Assembly: GCA_031400935.1 (NCBI GenBank)
Contig: JANNQV010000028.1
Coordinates: forward strand, 233,565 to 253,564
Source: Armatimonadota bacterium
Lineage (GTDB): Bacteria; Armatimonadota; Fimbriimonadia; Fimbriimonadales; Fimbriimonadaceae
Length of the DNA: 20,000 bases
Direction of reading: 5' to 3'
A program made the position numbers and the translations under genes. The stretch's first letter is position 1, and each line of letters begins with the position of its first letter. The notes under the pieces were generated by a model. The model had not been told where the DNA came from, did no database searches, and worked only from the letters and a program-made list of their open reading frames with translations. Below, in pieces: positions 7,929 through 15,937 of this stretch.

Positions 7929-10007
7929 ATGAACTCCGGAGCCACTATGTCAAATTCTCATTCTGCTATCGTTCAATCTCAATCGCTATTTTCGGCGCGT
8001 AAGTATCAAGAAGCCCTTCAAGCTATTGAATTAGCCGTAACAACTGACCCAAAAGTGGGTGAACTTCAGGCTGAACTTGGACGCATACTTTGCTATTTTC
8101 AGCGAGAGAATGAGGCAGTAGATTGCCTTGAGAAAGCTTGGCCTGCATCCGGTTCCAAAGAACTTGCGGGGATTCTTGCCAACTATGTGAACTCCCGCAA
8201 AGAACTGACCCAGCGATTGGACCTACCAGACAGTAAAGGCGATGAACTCTGGAATCGAATGCAGCCATTTTGGCCCGCTTCGCCTGAGTTTGTTGGCAAC
8301 AAAATTTCGGCAATTCTCATCGTCAAGAACGAGGAGAATCACCTTGAGCGATGTCTTCAAAGCATTCAAGGCGGCGTTGACGAGATTATTGTCGTTGATA
8401 CAGGTTCAACCGACAAAACCGTCGAGATCGCCGAGTCATTTGGCGCGACAATCGGACACTTTGAATGGTGCAACGATTTTTCAGCAGCGAGAAACTACTC
8501 TTTGGGACTTGCCACTGGAGATTGGGCTCTCTGGATTGATGCTGATGAGGCTGTAACACCAGAAAGCTGGAATCCGATCTATGAAGCCGTAGTTCGTCCT
8601 CACTTCGGAGGCTATTTCACCAGAATCGTCAATTTTACAGACGAAAACGAAACGACCGAATACACTCACGCGCCAATTCGGCTATTCAGGATTGATCCGC
8701 GTGTTCGATTTACGGGTTCGATCCATGAGCAGATTTCTCCAGCGATTGATGCTCTAGCTTGGCCGACGGCACATCTGGACAAAGTCACGATTCACCACTT
8801 CGGATACAAACCAAGCGAAATCGAAGCGAAAGACAAACTGAACCGCACAATTGACATGCTGCAAGTCGAGATTGAGAGGGAACCTAATGATTCTTTTCAT
8901 TGGTTTAACCTTGCAAATGTTTATTCGGTAGCCAAACGATATTCAGATTCAGTTGATGCTGCGAAAAAGTGCATCTCACTCATGGAGCCAAACCACATGT
9001 TCGCTTCATTGACGTATCAACTTCTGGCTGGCGGTCTGAATTCTGTGGACCAAGCCGACGCAGCAGTTGATGTAGCGCTTGAAGCAAAGCAGGCGGGCTG
9101 TTTCACCATTCTTAACCAATTTGAGCTTGCTCATTCTTACCTGTTGCTTCGCAAATTTGAAGAAGGCTTGGTAGCCATCGAAGCTTGCATGAATATGCGT
9201 TGGCTCGATGACATGACTGGCGACAGAGGTATTACGACACACAAAAGTCATGTCTTGAAGGGACAAATTTTGTGCGAATTGAACCGCTTGGAAGAAGCAG
9301 AAACCTGTATTGACTTTGCACTTGCTATTGACCCTGCCTTTGGACTTTCAAAATTCGCAAAAGCAGTTATTCTGGAACGCAAGGGCAAACATGACGAAGC
9401 AGAAAATTGGTTCAAAAACTGTCTTTCAGACCCATCTGTCGCATGGCAATCTCTTAAGGGCTTGGGGCGAATCTCTAGTGAAAACGAGAATTGGACCGAA
9501 GCCAAAGATTATTCTTGGGCAGCATTGGAGGCTCGGCCAAATGACAAAGAAGCTTGGATCATTTGGGCAAAAGCATTGGAAGCCATCGGTGATCTTGCAT
9601 TAATGATCGAGGCATATCAAGCTTACACCGAGAAGCACGGCGACCATGCAGACGTTTTGACGAATTGGGGACGGTCTTTGGAGTCGCAAGGCGACCTGCC
9701 TGGAGCTGTTGAAAAATATCTGCTTTCTACTGAGGTGGACCCAACTTGCTCAAACGCTTGGCTCAATTTGGGCGATCTCTTGTTCAAAGCGGGTAGCTTT
9801 GGCGAAGCCGCAACGAGCTATCAAAATGCGTTGCAAATCGAGCCTGTTCAGCCTGAAGCCTGGTTTTGCTTGGGCAATTGTTGTGGAAATCTCAACGTTT
9901 GGGAGGCTGCGGTTTCTGCATACAATCAAGCATTGACGATTGATCCGGATCATACTGGCGCTGCGCACAATTTGGAAGTTGCTAAAGGCGAATTGACTGC
10001 GGCGTAA
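7929..10007 (+). CDS. GT2 glycosyltransferase with N- and C-terminal TPR repeats
   Basis: ISAILIVKNEE, IIVVDTGSTD, DFSAARN, WIDADE (DxD), IHEQ and HHFGY, followed by many TPR helices. Alternative start ATG 7947. Confidence 0.9.
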   Translation: MNSGATMSNSHSAIVQSQSLFSARKYQEALQAIELAVTTDPKVGELQAELGRILCYFQRENEAVDCLEKAWPASGSKELAGILANYVNSRKELTQRLDLPDSKGDELWNRMQPFWPASPEFVGNKISAILIVKNEENHLERCLQSIQGGVDEIIVVDTGSTDKTVEIAESFGATIGHFEWCNDFSAARNYSLGLATGDWALWIDADEAVTPESWNPIYEAVVRPHFGGYFTRIVNFTDENETTEYTHAPIRLFRIDPRVRFTGSIHEQISPAIDALAWPTAHLDKVTIHHFGYKPSEIEAKDKLNRTIDMLQVEIEREPNDSFHWFNLANVYSVAKRYSDSVDAAKKCISLMEPNHMFASLTYQLLAGGLNSVDQADAAVDVALEAKQAGCFTILNQFELAHSYLLLRKFEEGLVAIEACMNMRWLDDMTGDRGITTHKSHVLKGQILCELNRLEEAETCIDFALAIDPAFGLSKFAKAVILERKGKHDEAENWFKNCLSDPSVAWQSLKGLGRISSENENWTEAKDYSWAALEARPNDKEAWIIWAKALEAIGDLALMIEAYQAYTEKHGDHADVLTNWGRSLESQGDLPGAVEKYLLSTEVDPTCSNAWLNLGDLLFKAGSFGEAATSYQNALQIEPVQPEAWFCLGNCCGNLNVWEAAVSAYNQALTIDPDHTGAAHNLEVAKGELTAA

Positions 10008-10046
10008 CGCCGTGTCCAAAAATTGCTACTTCTATCCTTTCAAACA

Positions 10047-10095
10047 CATGGGACATATGGGACCCATAGGACATATAAGTCCTATATGTCCTATG
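10047..10095. repeat. Degenerate 9-nt tandem repeat forming a perfect 13-bp hairpin between convergent genes
   Basis: Units catgggaca/tatgggacc/cataggaca/tataagtcc/tatatgtcc. cataggacatata (10065-10077) is the exact reverse complement of 10083-10095. Confidence 0.75.
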
Positions 10096-10112
10096 TTCGG
10101 ACCAGCTTGGAC

Positions 10113-13100
10113 TTATATCACGCCCTTCTCCCTCAATTTCGGATAATGGCATGCCTTGAACTTTTTGCCGCTTCCACAAGGACAGGAGTCATTCCGGCCG
10201 ACCTTTGACCAATCTTGCTTTGACTCGTCGAACGAGACGCTTGAACCAATCGCTGCCATCGCAGGAATCGAATCGCCGGCTTCCATTCGAACCATTGCAG
10301 GCGCTTCATCGGCAGACTCTTCAGATTGCTGAGCATCTTGAACCTGAATCTCCGCCCGAAAGATCATTCGCACCGCTTGATCACGGATCTGTTTGAGCGT
10401 GGTTTGGAAGAGGTCAAAAGTCTCTCGCTTGTAAGCAACTAGAGGATCGGTTTGGCCGTATCCTCTTAGGCCAATGCCTTCGCGGATGTACTCGACCATC
10501 TGCAAATGCTCCATCCACTTGTCGTTAACGGCGCGAAGCATGACCTGCTGTTCGAGCGAAGCCATAATCTCGTCACCATATCGCTCGGCTTTTTGTTCAT
10601 ACGCAGCCATCGCAAATTCTGTGCATTTGTCAATGAGTTCATCGCCCACTGGAATCGCTCGAAGATCGTCTACCGATGCAAAATCAACAAGCGGGAAAAG
10701 TCCATTTAGGTCTTCGTACAGAAGGCCGTGATCGTAATTTCTTCCTTCGTTTTCATCTATTACCCAGGCGTCGTTAACGATGTCCGTAATCATCTGTTTG
10801 ATGAATTCCACGAGGTCTTCGCGAACGTGCTTGCCGAGCAAGACTTCGCGCCTCATGCCATAAATGTGCTCGCGCTGAGCGTTCAAAACGTCGTCATATT
10901 CGAGTACATGCTTTCGAGCTTCAAAATAGTGGTTTTCTATTCGCTCTTGCGTTTTCTCTATCATTCGGCTCAGGAATTTTGCGTTCACTTCTTCCATTGG
11001 CGGCCATGCCTTGAGCAGTGGATTTTCGAGCATATTCGCGTTGAAAATCTTCCAAAGCTGGTCTTCGAGAGACACATAGAACCTGCTCTCGCCAGGGTCG
11101 CCTTGTCGGCCCGATCTTCCTCGAAGCTGGTTGTCAATTCGGCGGCTTTCATGCCGTTCTGTGCCAAGGATATATACTCCGTCAAGTGCTCGAACCACTT
11201 CAGCAACCTCTCGTCGTTCTTGGTCGCTCAATGGAAGTGGAGGAGCAGCACGTTCCTTACCACCGCGACGGAAGCTAGAAAAAGTGGATTCGTATTGTTC
11301 CAAAAGAGGGTCGCCATCTGAATCTCTCGCTCGAACGATCTGCTCATCTTGAATTCGTCCGCCAAGCAAAATATCTACGCCACGGCCAGCCATATTTGTT
11401 GCAATAGTCACAGCGCCTTTTCGACCAGCTTCAGCGATAATTAGCGCCTCTCGCTCATGGAATTTTGCGTTTAAGATGTTGTGCGGAATACCGTGAGTCA
11501 GCCCTTCTTCCAAGTACGATTTGTTTTCGCTTGTCAGCTTCCATTGTTCGAGCGCCCAGTCCATATTTTCTTGTGAAAATGCCTCACCGCTAAATCCAAT
11601 CTTGCTCGCGAAATTTGCTAATGCCTTTCGGTCTTGGTCAGCGAGAGGAGTATTCGTGATTTCAATTACATCCTTCACAATGTCCTTGGGGACATCCTTT
11701 TTGACTTCCAAATGGTATCGAAGCCTTTGCGACAGCACTAATTTCTGCAAAAGGTCGGTCGTCAAACGTGTTGACATAACTTCCGACATTTCGATAGAAC
11801 GAGTGCCGATTAGAACGGGTTGCTGCTTGGAATACAAACGCAAGACGTCCCAAGTAATCGCGCGAAACTTCGCTTCAAGCGTCTTGAAAATGATGTCGCC
11901 GTGATCAATTCGGATCATAGGGCGATGTGTCGGAACGCAGACCACATCGAGGCCGTAAATTTTTCGAAATTCGTCTTCTTCTGTTTTCGCTGTACCCGTC
12001 ATTCCAGCGAGTTTTTCGTAAAGTCGGAAGAGATTCTGGAAAGTGATAACTGCAACGGTTTGGCTCTCACGCTGAACAGTTACGTTTTCCTTAGCCTCAA
12101 GCGCTTGATGAAGTCCATCGCTCAACCGCCTTCCAAACATGAGCCTGCCGGTGTTTTCATCAACTAGTACAACTTCGTTACCGCGAACTACATAGTCCAC
12201 ATCTTTGTCAAAAAGCGCGACTGCTTTTACGGCAGCATTGACGTGATGCAAAATCTTTGGATCGCTCGCGATGTTGTCAATCTCCATCGTCTCTTCGACA
12301 AGGTCCATGCCATCTTCAGTAAGTGAAACCGAATGGTTTTTCTTGTCAGCTTTGTAGTGAGTTTCGTTTTCAAGCTTCTTTGCGATTTCATTGATGTGCT
12401 TGTAAAGCGAGACATCCTCGTTGCTTGCGCCCGAGATAATGTGTGGTGTTCTGGCCTCGTCAATGAGGATCGAGTCAACTTCGTCAACGATTGCGTAATG
12501 AAGTTCTCGCATCGAAAGTTGCGAAATATCGAACGCCATATTGTCGCGAAGATAGTCGAATCCAAACTCATGGTTTGTGCCATAAACAACGTCGCATAGA
12601 TAGGCTTCTCGACGTGAACAAGAAACCAGATTCATATATCTTGGATCGCCGAGTTGGTCTGCTCCAGGAACATAAAGGTAGCTCCCGCCGAGCTCTTCTG
12701 TGTCTTCGCCTTGGCCCTGAATAATGCCAAGCGATATTCCGAGAAAATGGAAAATGGGACCCATCCAGACTGCGTCACGACGAGCTAGGTAATCGTTGGC
12801 GGTAACGAGATGCGCTCCGCGGCCCGTTAAGGCATTTAAGATCAGCGGTGCAACTGCAGCAAGGGTCTTTCCTTCGCCCGTTTTCATTTCGGAGATTCGG
12901 CCTTGGTGGAGCACCATGCTGCCAACATGCTGAACGTCAAAGTGACGCATTCCGAGTGTGCGACTCGAGACCTCACGGACTACGGCAAACACTTCCGGAA
13001 GTAGTTGGTCTAAGGTCTTGCCTGTTGCAATTTGCTCTTTGAAGGAAGGGCCTTTGGCTCGCAATGCATCATCGTCGAGGGCAGATATCTCGGTTTCAAA

Positions 13101-13181
13101 TGCGTTGATTTGCGCCACGATTGGAAGCAGCATGTCAACGTCTTTCTTGCTAGTGTCGAATATTTTTCGTAGGAAATTCAT
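10113..13181 (-). CDS. secA: Preprotein translocase ATPase SecA
   Basis: MKTGEGKT, VDEVDSILIDEARTP, GMTGTAKTEE, ATNMAGRG, RIDNQLRGRSGRQGDPG and a C-terminal SEC-C motif CPCGSGKKFKACH. Confidence 0.99.
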   Translation of the reverse strand: MNFLRKIFDTSKKDVDMLLPIVAQINAFETEISALDDDALRAKGPSFKEQIATGKTLDQLLPEVFAVVREVSSRTLGMRHFDVQHVGSMVLHQGRISEMKTGEGKTLAAVAPLILNALTGRGAHLVTANDYLARRDAVWMGPIFHFLGISLGIIQGQGEDTEELGGSYLYVPGADQLGDPRYMNLVSCSRREAYLCDVVYGTNHEFGFDYLRDNMAFDISQLSMRELHYAIVDEVDSILIDEARTPHIISGASNEDVSLYKHINEIAKKLENETHYKADKKNHSVSLTEDGMDLVEETMEIDNIASDPKILHHVNAAVKAVALFDKDVDYVVRGNEVVLVDENTGRLMFGRRLSDGLHQALEAKENVTVQRESQTVAVITFQNLFRLYEKLAGMTGTAKTEEDEFRKIYGLDVVCVPTHRPMIRIDHGDIIFKTLEAKFRAITWDVLRLYSKQQPVLIGTRSIEMSEVMSTRLTTDLLQKLVLSQRLRYHLEVKKDVPKDIVKDVIEITNTPLADQDRKALANFASKIGFSGEAFSQENMDWALEQWKLTSENKSYLEEGLTHGIPHNILNAKFHEREALIIAEAGRKGAVTIATNMAGRGVDILLGGRIQDEQIVRARDSDGDPLLEQYESTFSSFRRGGKERAAPPLPLSDQERREVAEVVRALDGVYILGTERHESRRIDNQLRGRSGRQGDPGESRFYVSLEDQLWKIFNANMLENPLLKAWPPMEEVNAKFLSRMIEKTQERIENHYFEARKHVLEYDDVLNAQREHIYGMRREVLLGKHVREDLVEFIKQMITDIVNDAWVIDENEGRNYDHGLLYEDLNGLFPLVDFASVDDLRAIPVGDELIDKCTEFAMAAYEQKAERYGDEIMASLEQQVMLRAVNDKWMEHLQMVEYIREGIGLRGYGQTDPLVAYKRETFDLFQTTLKQIRDQAVRMIFRAEIQVQDAQQSEESADEAPAMVRMEAGDSIPAMAAIGSSVSFDESKQDWSKVGRNDSCPCGSGKKFKACHYPKLREKGVI

Positions 13182-13192
13182 TTTTTATCTCA

Positions 13193-13220
13193 GGGTATGG
13201 GGTTTAGGGTGCAGGGTACT
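13193..13220 (-). repeat. 4x heptamer NNNACCC tandem just upstream of the secA start
   Basis: Plus-strand units gggtatg gggttta gggtgca gggtact. Confidence 0.6.
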
Positions 13221-13244
13221 GGGCGGGGGCTTTCGGAAAGAAAC

Positions 13245-13285
13245 GCAGACTTTAGTCTGCATCTGGATCACAGACTTTAGTCTGT
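13245..13285. repeat. Two direct copies of the palindrome CAGACT-TT-AGTCTG (REP-like)
   Basis: gcagactttagtctgc at 13245-13260 and acagactttagtctgt at 13270-13285 share an identical 14-nt core. Confidence 0.75.
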
Positions 13286-13348
13286 AAAATCCGCGCAAAT
13301 ACGAATGAGCGCTAGAAAATCGAGCGACACAGAAACAATGTCGCCGAA

Positions 13349-13714
13349 CTAAGCCGGCCCAGCACGATTCGGATGAATCCTTGAAGCGACGACTGAAGCC
13401 AAACGCTCTGTCCGAATAGGATGAATCTGAATCCGGATGAGGGATTCAGAAATCGGTTCTGAATCTTGCGAATTTGTTTCTGTATCAAACCATTGAATCA
13501 GCAAATTCGTAACTGTCGCGATTCGTCGCGACGTTTCAATTGCGATCGCATCCGAATCAAGATCGTCCGAATTCTCAATACAACGCTTGCCCTCAAGTCG
13601 CGGGTCGCAAAGTAGGGCCAAAGCTTCCGTAAACTGGCTCGATGCAATACCACGATCTATTCCAAGTGAACCTTGGAGGATTAGAATCAGCAGTGCAGGC
13701 AAAAATGGAAGCAT
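13349..13714 (-). CDS. Putative SecM-like secretion-monitor / translation-arrest peptide
   Basis: Hydrophobic N-terminus (MLPFLPALLILILQG), C-terminal RIHPNRAGPA-stop, same strand and directly upstream of secA. TATAAT lies 15 nt before the ATG. Alternative start TTG 13783. Confidence 0.7.
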   Translation of the reverse strand: MLPFLPALLILILQGSLGIDRGIASSQFTEALALLCDPRLEGKRCIENSDDLDSDAIAIETSRRIATVTNLLIQWFDTETNSQDSEPISESLIRIQIHPIRTERLASVVASRIHPNRAGPA

Positions 13715-13729
13715 TTTTCTTCTTCCACT

Positions 13730-13735
13730 ATTATA
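13730..13735 (-). promoter_or_regulatory. Consensus -10 box TATAAT for the secM-like/secA unit
   Basis: Perfect TATAAT on the minus strand 15 nt upstream of ATG 13714. No clear -35 element. Confidence 0.5.
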
Positions 13736-13908
13736 GACGGGAATCGTTCGTAATTGAGCGTATTTGGGACCAATTGTTGTCAATTATCAGTTCTCGGATA
13801 TCAGTCAAAAGTGGATCGGAAGGCAGATTTCGTAGCCGTATTTTCGGTTTCGAGAGCCAACCTGATTTACACTTTGTGCAAATTTAGCGGCAACAATGAC
13901 AATGTCAA

Positions 13909-13952
13909 CAACCTGCCAGCAACTTGCAAACCACTTGCCAAACACATGCCAA
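13909..13952 (+). repeat. 4x degenerate 11-mer tandem repeat
   Basis: caacctgccag caacttgcaaa ccacttgccaa acacatgccaa. Confidence 0.6.
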
Positions 13953-13994
13953 ATTTCCATACGATGAAGCTTCCAGTCCAAAAAGCCGATCATG

Positions 13995-14000
13995 TATACT
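13995..14000 (+). promoter_or_regulatory. -10 box TATACT of the tRNA promoter
   Basis: TG-extended TATACT (catgTATACT) 11 nt before the tRNA 5' end. Confidence 0.55.
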
Positions 14001-14011
14001 AGGATCGCTGC

Positions 14012-14101
14012 GGAGAGATGGCTGAGTGGACGAAAGCGCCCGCCTGCTAAGTGGGTAAGGGGTTAAACCCTTCTCGGGTTCGAATCCCGATCTCTCCGCC
14101 A
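14012..14101 (+). tRNA. tRNA-Ser (anticodon GCT)
   Basis: Acceptor stem GGAGAGA/TCTCTCC, G discriminator and encoded CCA. Anticodon loop CT-GCT-AA, long variable arm, T-loop GGTTCGAATCC. Confidence 0.97.
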
Positions 14102-14166
14102 TTCTGATTTGTATGGAAGGCAATGAGGCTTGCAAGTAGATAGCAGGTTGTACACAAGTCGCCGCC

Positions 14167-14215
14167 AACACCCGACATCCAACACCCGAAACCCAAAACC
14201 ATAAACCTAAAACCC
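14167..14215 (+). repeat. 7x heptamer (consensus ~AAAACCC) tandem abutting a start codon
   Basis: aacaccc gacatcc aacaccc gaaaccc aaaacca taaacct aaaaccc, then ATG 14216. Confidence 0.7.
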
Positions 14216-15205
14216 ATGCCCCCACGAATCCTGCCCGCATTACTCGTTACAGCCCTCGCGTTTTCGAGCGGATACAGCCAAACGCTGCAAGAATATGTCG
14301 CGTTGCGAAAGAAACACGGAATCAAGGTTGCCTTTGAAGTTTCAGCACTTGATGTCTTGATCGGAACAAAGACGATTGAAATTGCCGGCGTTATCAAAGG
14401 CTCATTTTCGATAAGCGGAAAAACAACCTATTTACTCGAACGATTGGACGAAAGCACCGTTGACATCGAATCAAAAACACCGATTGCATGGCTTCAGGGC
14501 AACGAAGTGCATTGCAGACTCCTTATTCGGGCTTCGAGGCAAACTGAGACGTCGTCGCTTCATGCTGAACTCCTCGGAGCCGCTCCCGAAGCAGACATTG
14601 CTCGCTTGGAAGCTCTTGCCAGACCCAAAACTCCGACAAAAATCAATCACCCGACGACCAAGCCGCCACTTTCAGGTCCGATCGGCAAGGGGCAACCTGT
14701 TGCAGCTAATTGGACGCTCAGTGACACAGAACTTATCAGAAGCTATGGTTCTTACATTAAGGGCTATAACAAGCGCTTAACCGACGAGCAAGCAATCGTA
14801 ATCGCACAGGGAATCATTGGTTTCAGTAAACGCTATGGCGTTGACTCTCGCCTCATTATGGCAATGGTGTTGGTCGAAAGCGGCTTCAATCCAGACAGCC
14901 GAAGCAAACCTGGCGCGATGGGATTGGGACAATTGATGCCTGGTACAGCTCAAAGCCTCGGGCTTTCGAATGCTTACGATCCGATGCAGAATTTGTATGG
15001 CACGACACGTGTCATTCGTGGCCATATTGACAAGTATAAAAAAATTACTGGTAACGACTACGAATCGTTGATTTTGGCGTTGGCAGCGTACAACTCAGGC
15101 TCGGGCACCGTGCGAAGAAACAACTATCAAGTCCCCCCGTATCGCGAGACCCAGAACTACATCCGAAAGGTGATCGGGGCTTATCGCCGGTTTTTGGGTT
15201 ATTGA
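14216..15205 (+). CDS. Secreted lytic transglycosylase (SLT domain) with an uncharacterised N-terminal domain
   Basis: Signal peptide; SLT motifs MAMVLVESGFNP, GAMGLGQLMPGTA, LAAYNSG and ETQNYIRKV; Pro/Lys/Thr linker. Confidence 0.9.
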   Translation: MPPRILPALLVTALAFSSGYSQTLQEYVALRKKHGIKVAFEVSALDVLIGTKTIEIAGVIKGSFSISGKTTYLLERLDESTVDIESKTPIAWLQGNEVHCRLLIRASRQTETSSLHAELLGAAPEADIARLEALARPKTPTKINHPTTKPPLSGPIGKGQPVAANWTLSDTELIRSYGSYIKGYNKRLTDEQAIVIAQGIIGFSKRYGVDSRLIMAMVLVESGFNPDSRSKPGAMGLGQLMPGTAQSLGLSNAYDPMQNLYGTTRVIRGHIDKYKKITGNDYESLILALAAYNSGSGTVRRNNYQVPPYRETQNYIRKVIGAYRRFLGY

Positions 15206-15212
15206 GCAGGAA

Positions 15213-15764
15213 TCAGTCCTTCAAAATCCTGCCATACCCGTCATACTTCAAATTGCCACTTAGAATGAGTACGCCATCTATCAGCGGCCAAAGCACTCCA
15301 ACGCCGGTACAAAGAGTAACAAATAGCTGAATGACTCCAATCGCCGCATAGCCAAGATACATCCTTCCGACGCCTGGAAGCACGATGTTCAATATCCCAC
15401 CTGCGACCTTCGACTTGTCGCTTCGCAGCGCAGGAAAATTGCCCATAGGAGACATTGCCGGATACGAATCTTGATATGGTGAAGGCGATCCGTAAGGTTG
15501 ATAGCTCCCAGATGCTTGAGGCTGCATGACTGGAGGAGCAGTTCGTGGCATATTTGGCGGCGGAGGAGGCGCCATCATCGCAGGTGCAGATGCGAATTTC
15601 GCCTTCAAATCTCCGACGTGATCGGCAGGGAGCCATTGCGGCATTCCGGTGCACCAGATATATGTTTCGCGCACCACAACGCCCCCTTCAATCAACTCTT
15701 CCATTTGATCGAGGGTGAGCGGACCAAGTTGCCCGTAATGCCCAATGTAAAACCAATCCGCCAC
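15213..15764 (-). CDS. GYF_2 (DUF4339-like) + Pro-rich linker + TM2-domain membrane protein
   Basis: WFYIGHYGQLGPL...ETYIWCTGMPQW (GYF_2) and KSKVAGGILNIVLPGVGRMYLGY (TM2). GTG start. Confidence 0.85.
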   Translation of the reverse strand: MADWFYIGHYGQLGPLTLDQMEELIEGGVVVRETYIWCTGMPQWLPADHVGDLKAKFASAPAMMAPPPPPNMPRTAPPVMQPQASGSYQPYGSPSPYQDSYPAMSPMGNFPALRSDKSKVAGGILNIVLPGVGRMYLGYAAIGVIQLFVTLCTGVGVLWPLIDGVLILSGNLKYDGYGRILKD

Positions 15765-15937
15765 GTGTTGCTGTTACCTTACGACCATTGTATCTTGAGG
15801 GATGCAGGTTTTTGGGGCAATGTAGGGATTTTGGGAGTTTCGGAAGTGATTTCCTAGAACTCGATCATCACAAACTCCACGCAATGCATCTACAGATGGC
15901 TCAAAAGTAGAAATGAAACGGGCATTGAGCGACTTCG

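Noticed and set aside
10023..10208. 61-aa ORF with THGTYGTHRTY repeats
   Set aside because: An artefact of the 9-nt DNA repeat; it overlaps the secA 3' end in antisense.
11493..11780. Intein in SecA
   Set aside because: No N-terminal Cys/Ser block or C-terminal His-Asn, and too short.
10474..12724. Several plus-strand ORFs antisense to secA
   Set aside because: Antisense shadows of a conserved gene with no recognisable features.
13245..13285. Possible mini-CRISPR
   Set aside because: Only two 14-16 nt units with a 9-nt gap, and no cas genes.
14012..14101. Possible tRNA-Sec (selC), given the selenoprotein candidate
   Set aside because: The anticodon is GCT and the acceptor stem is 7 bp, so it is an ordinary tRNA-Ser.
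13905..14397. Minus-strand ORFs of 111 and 116 aa
   Set aside because: They are translations of the tRNA antisense strand and the heptamer repeats.
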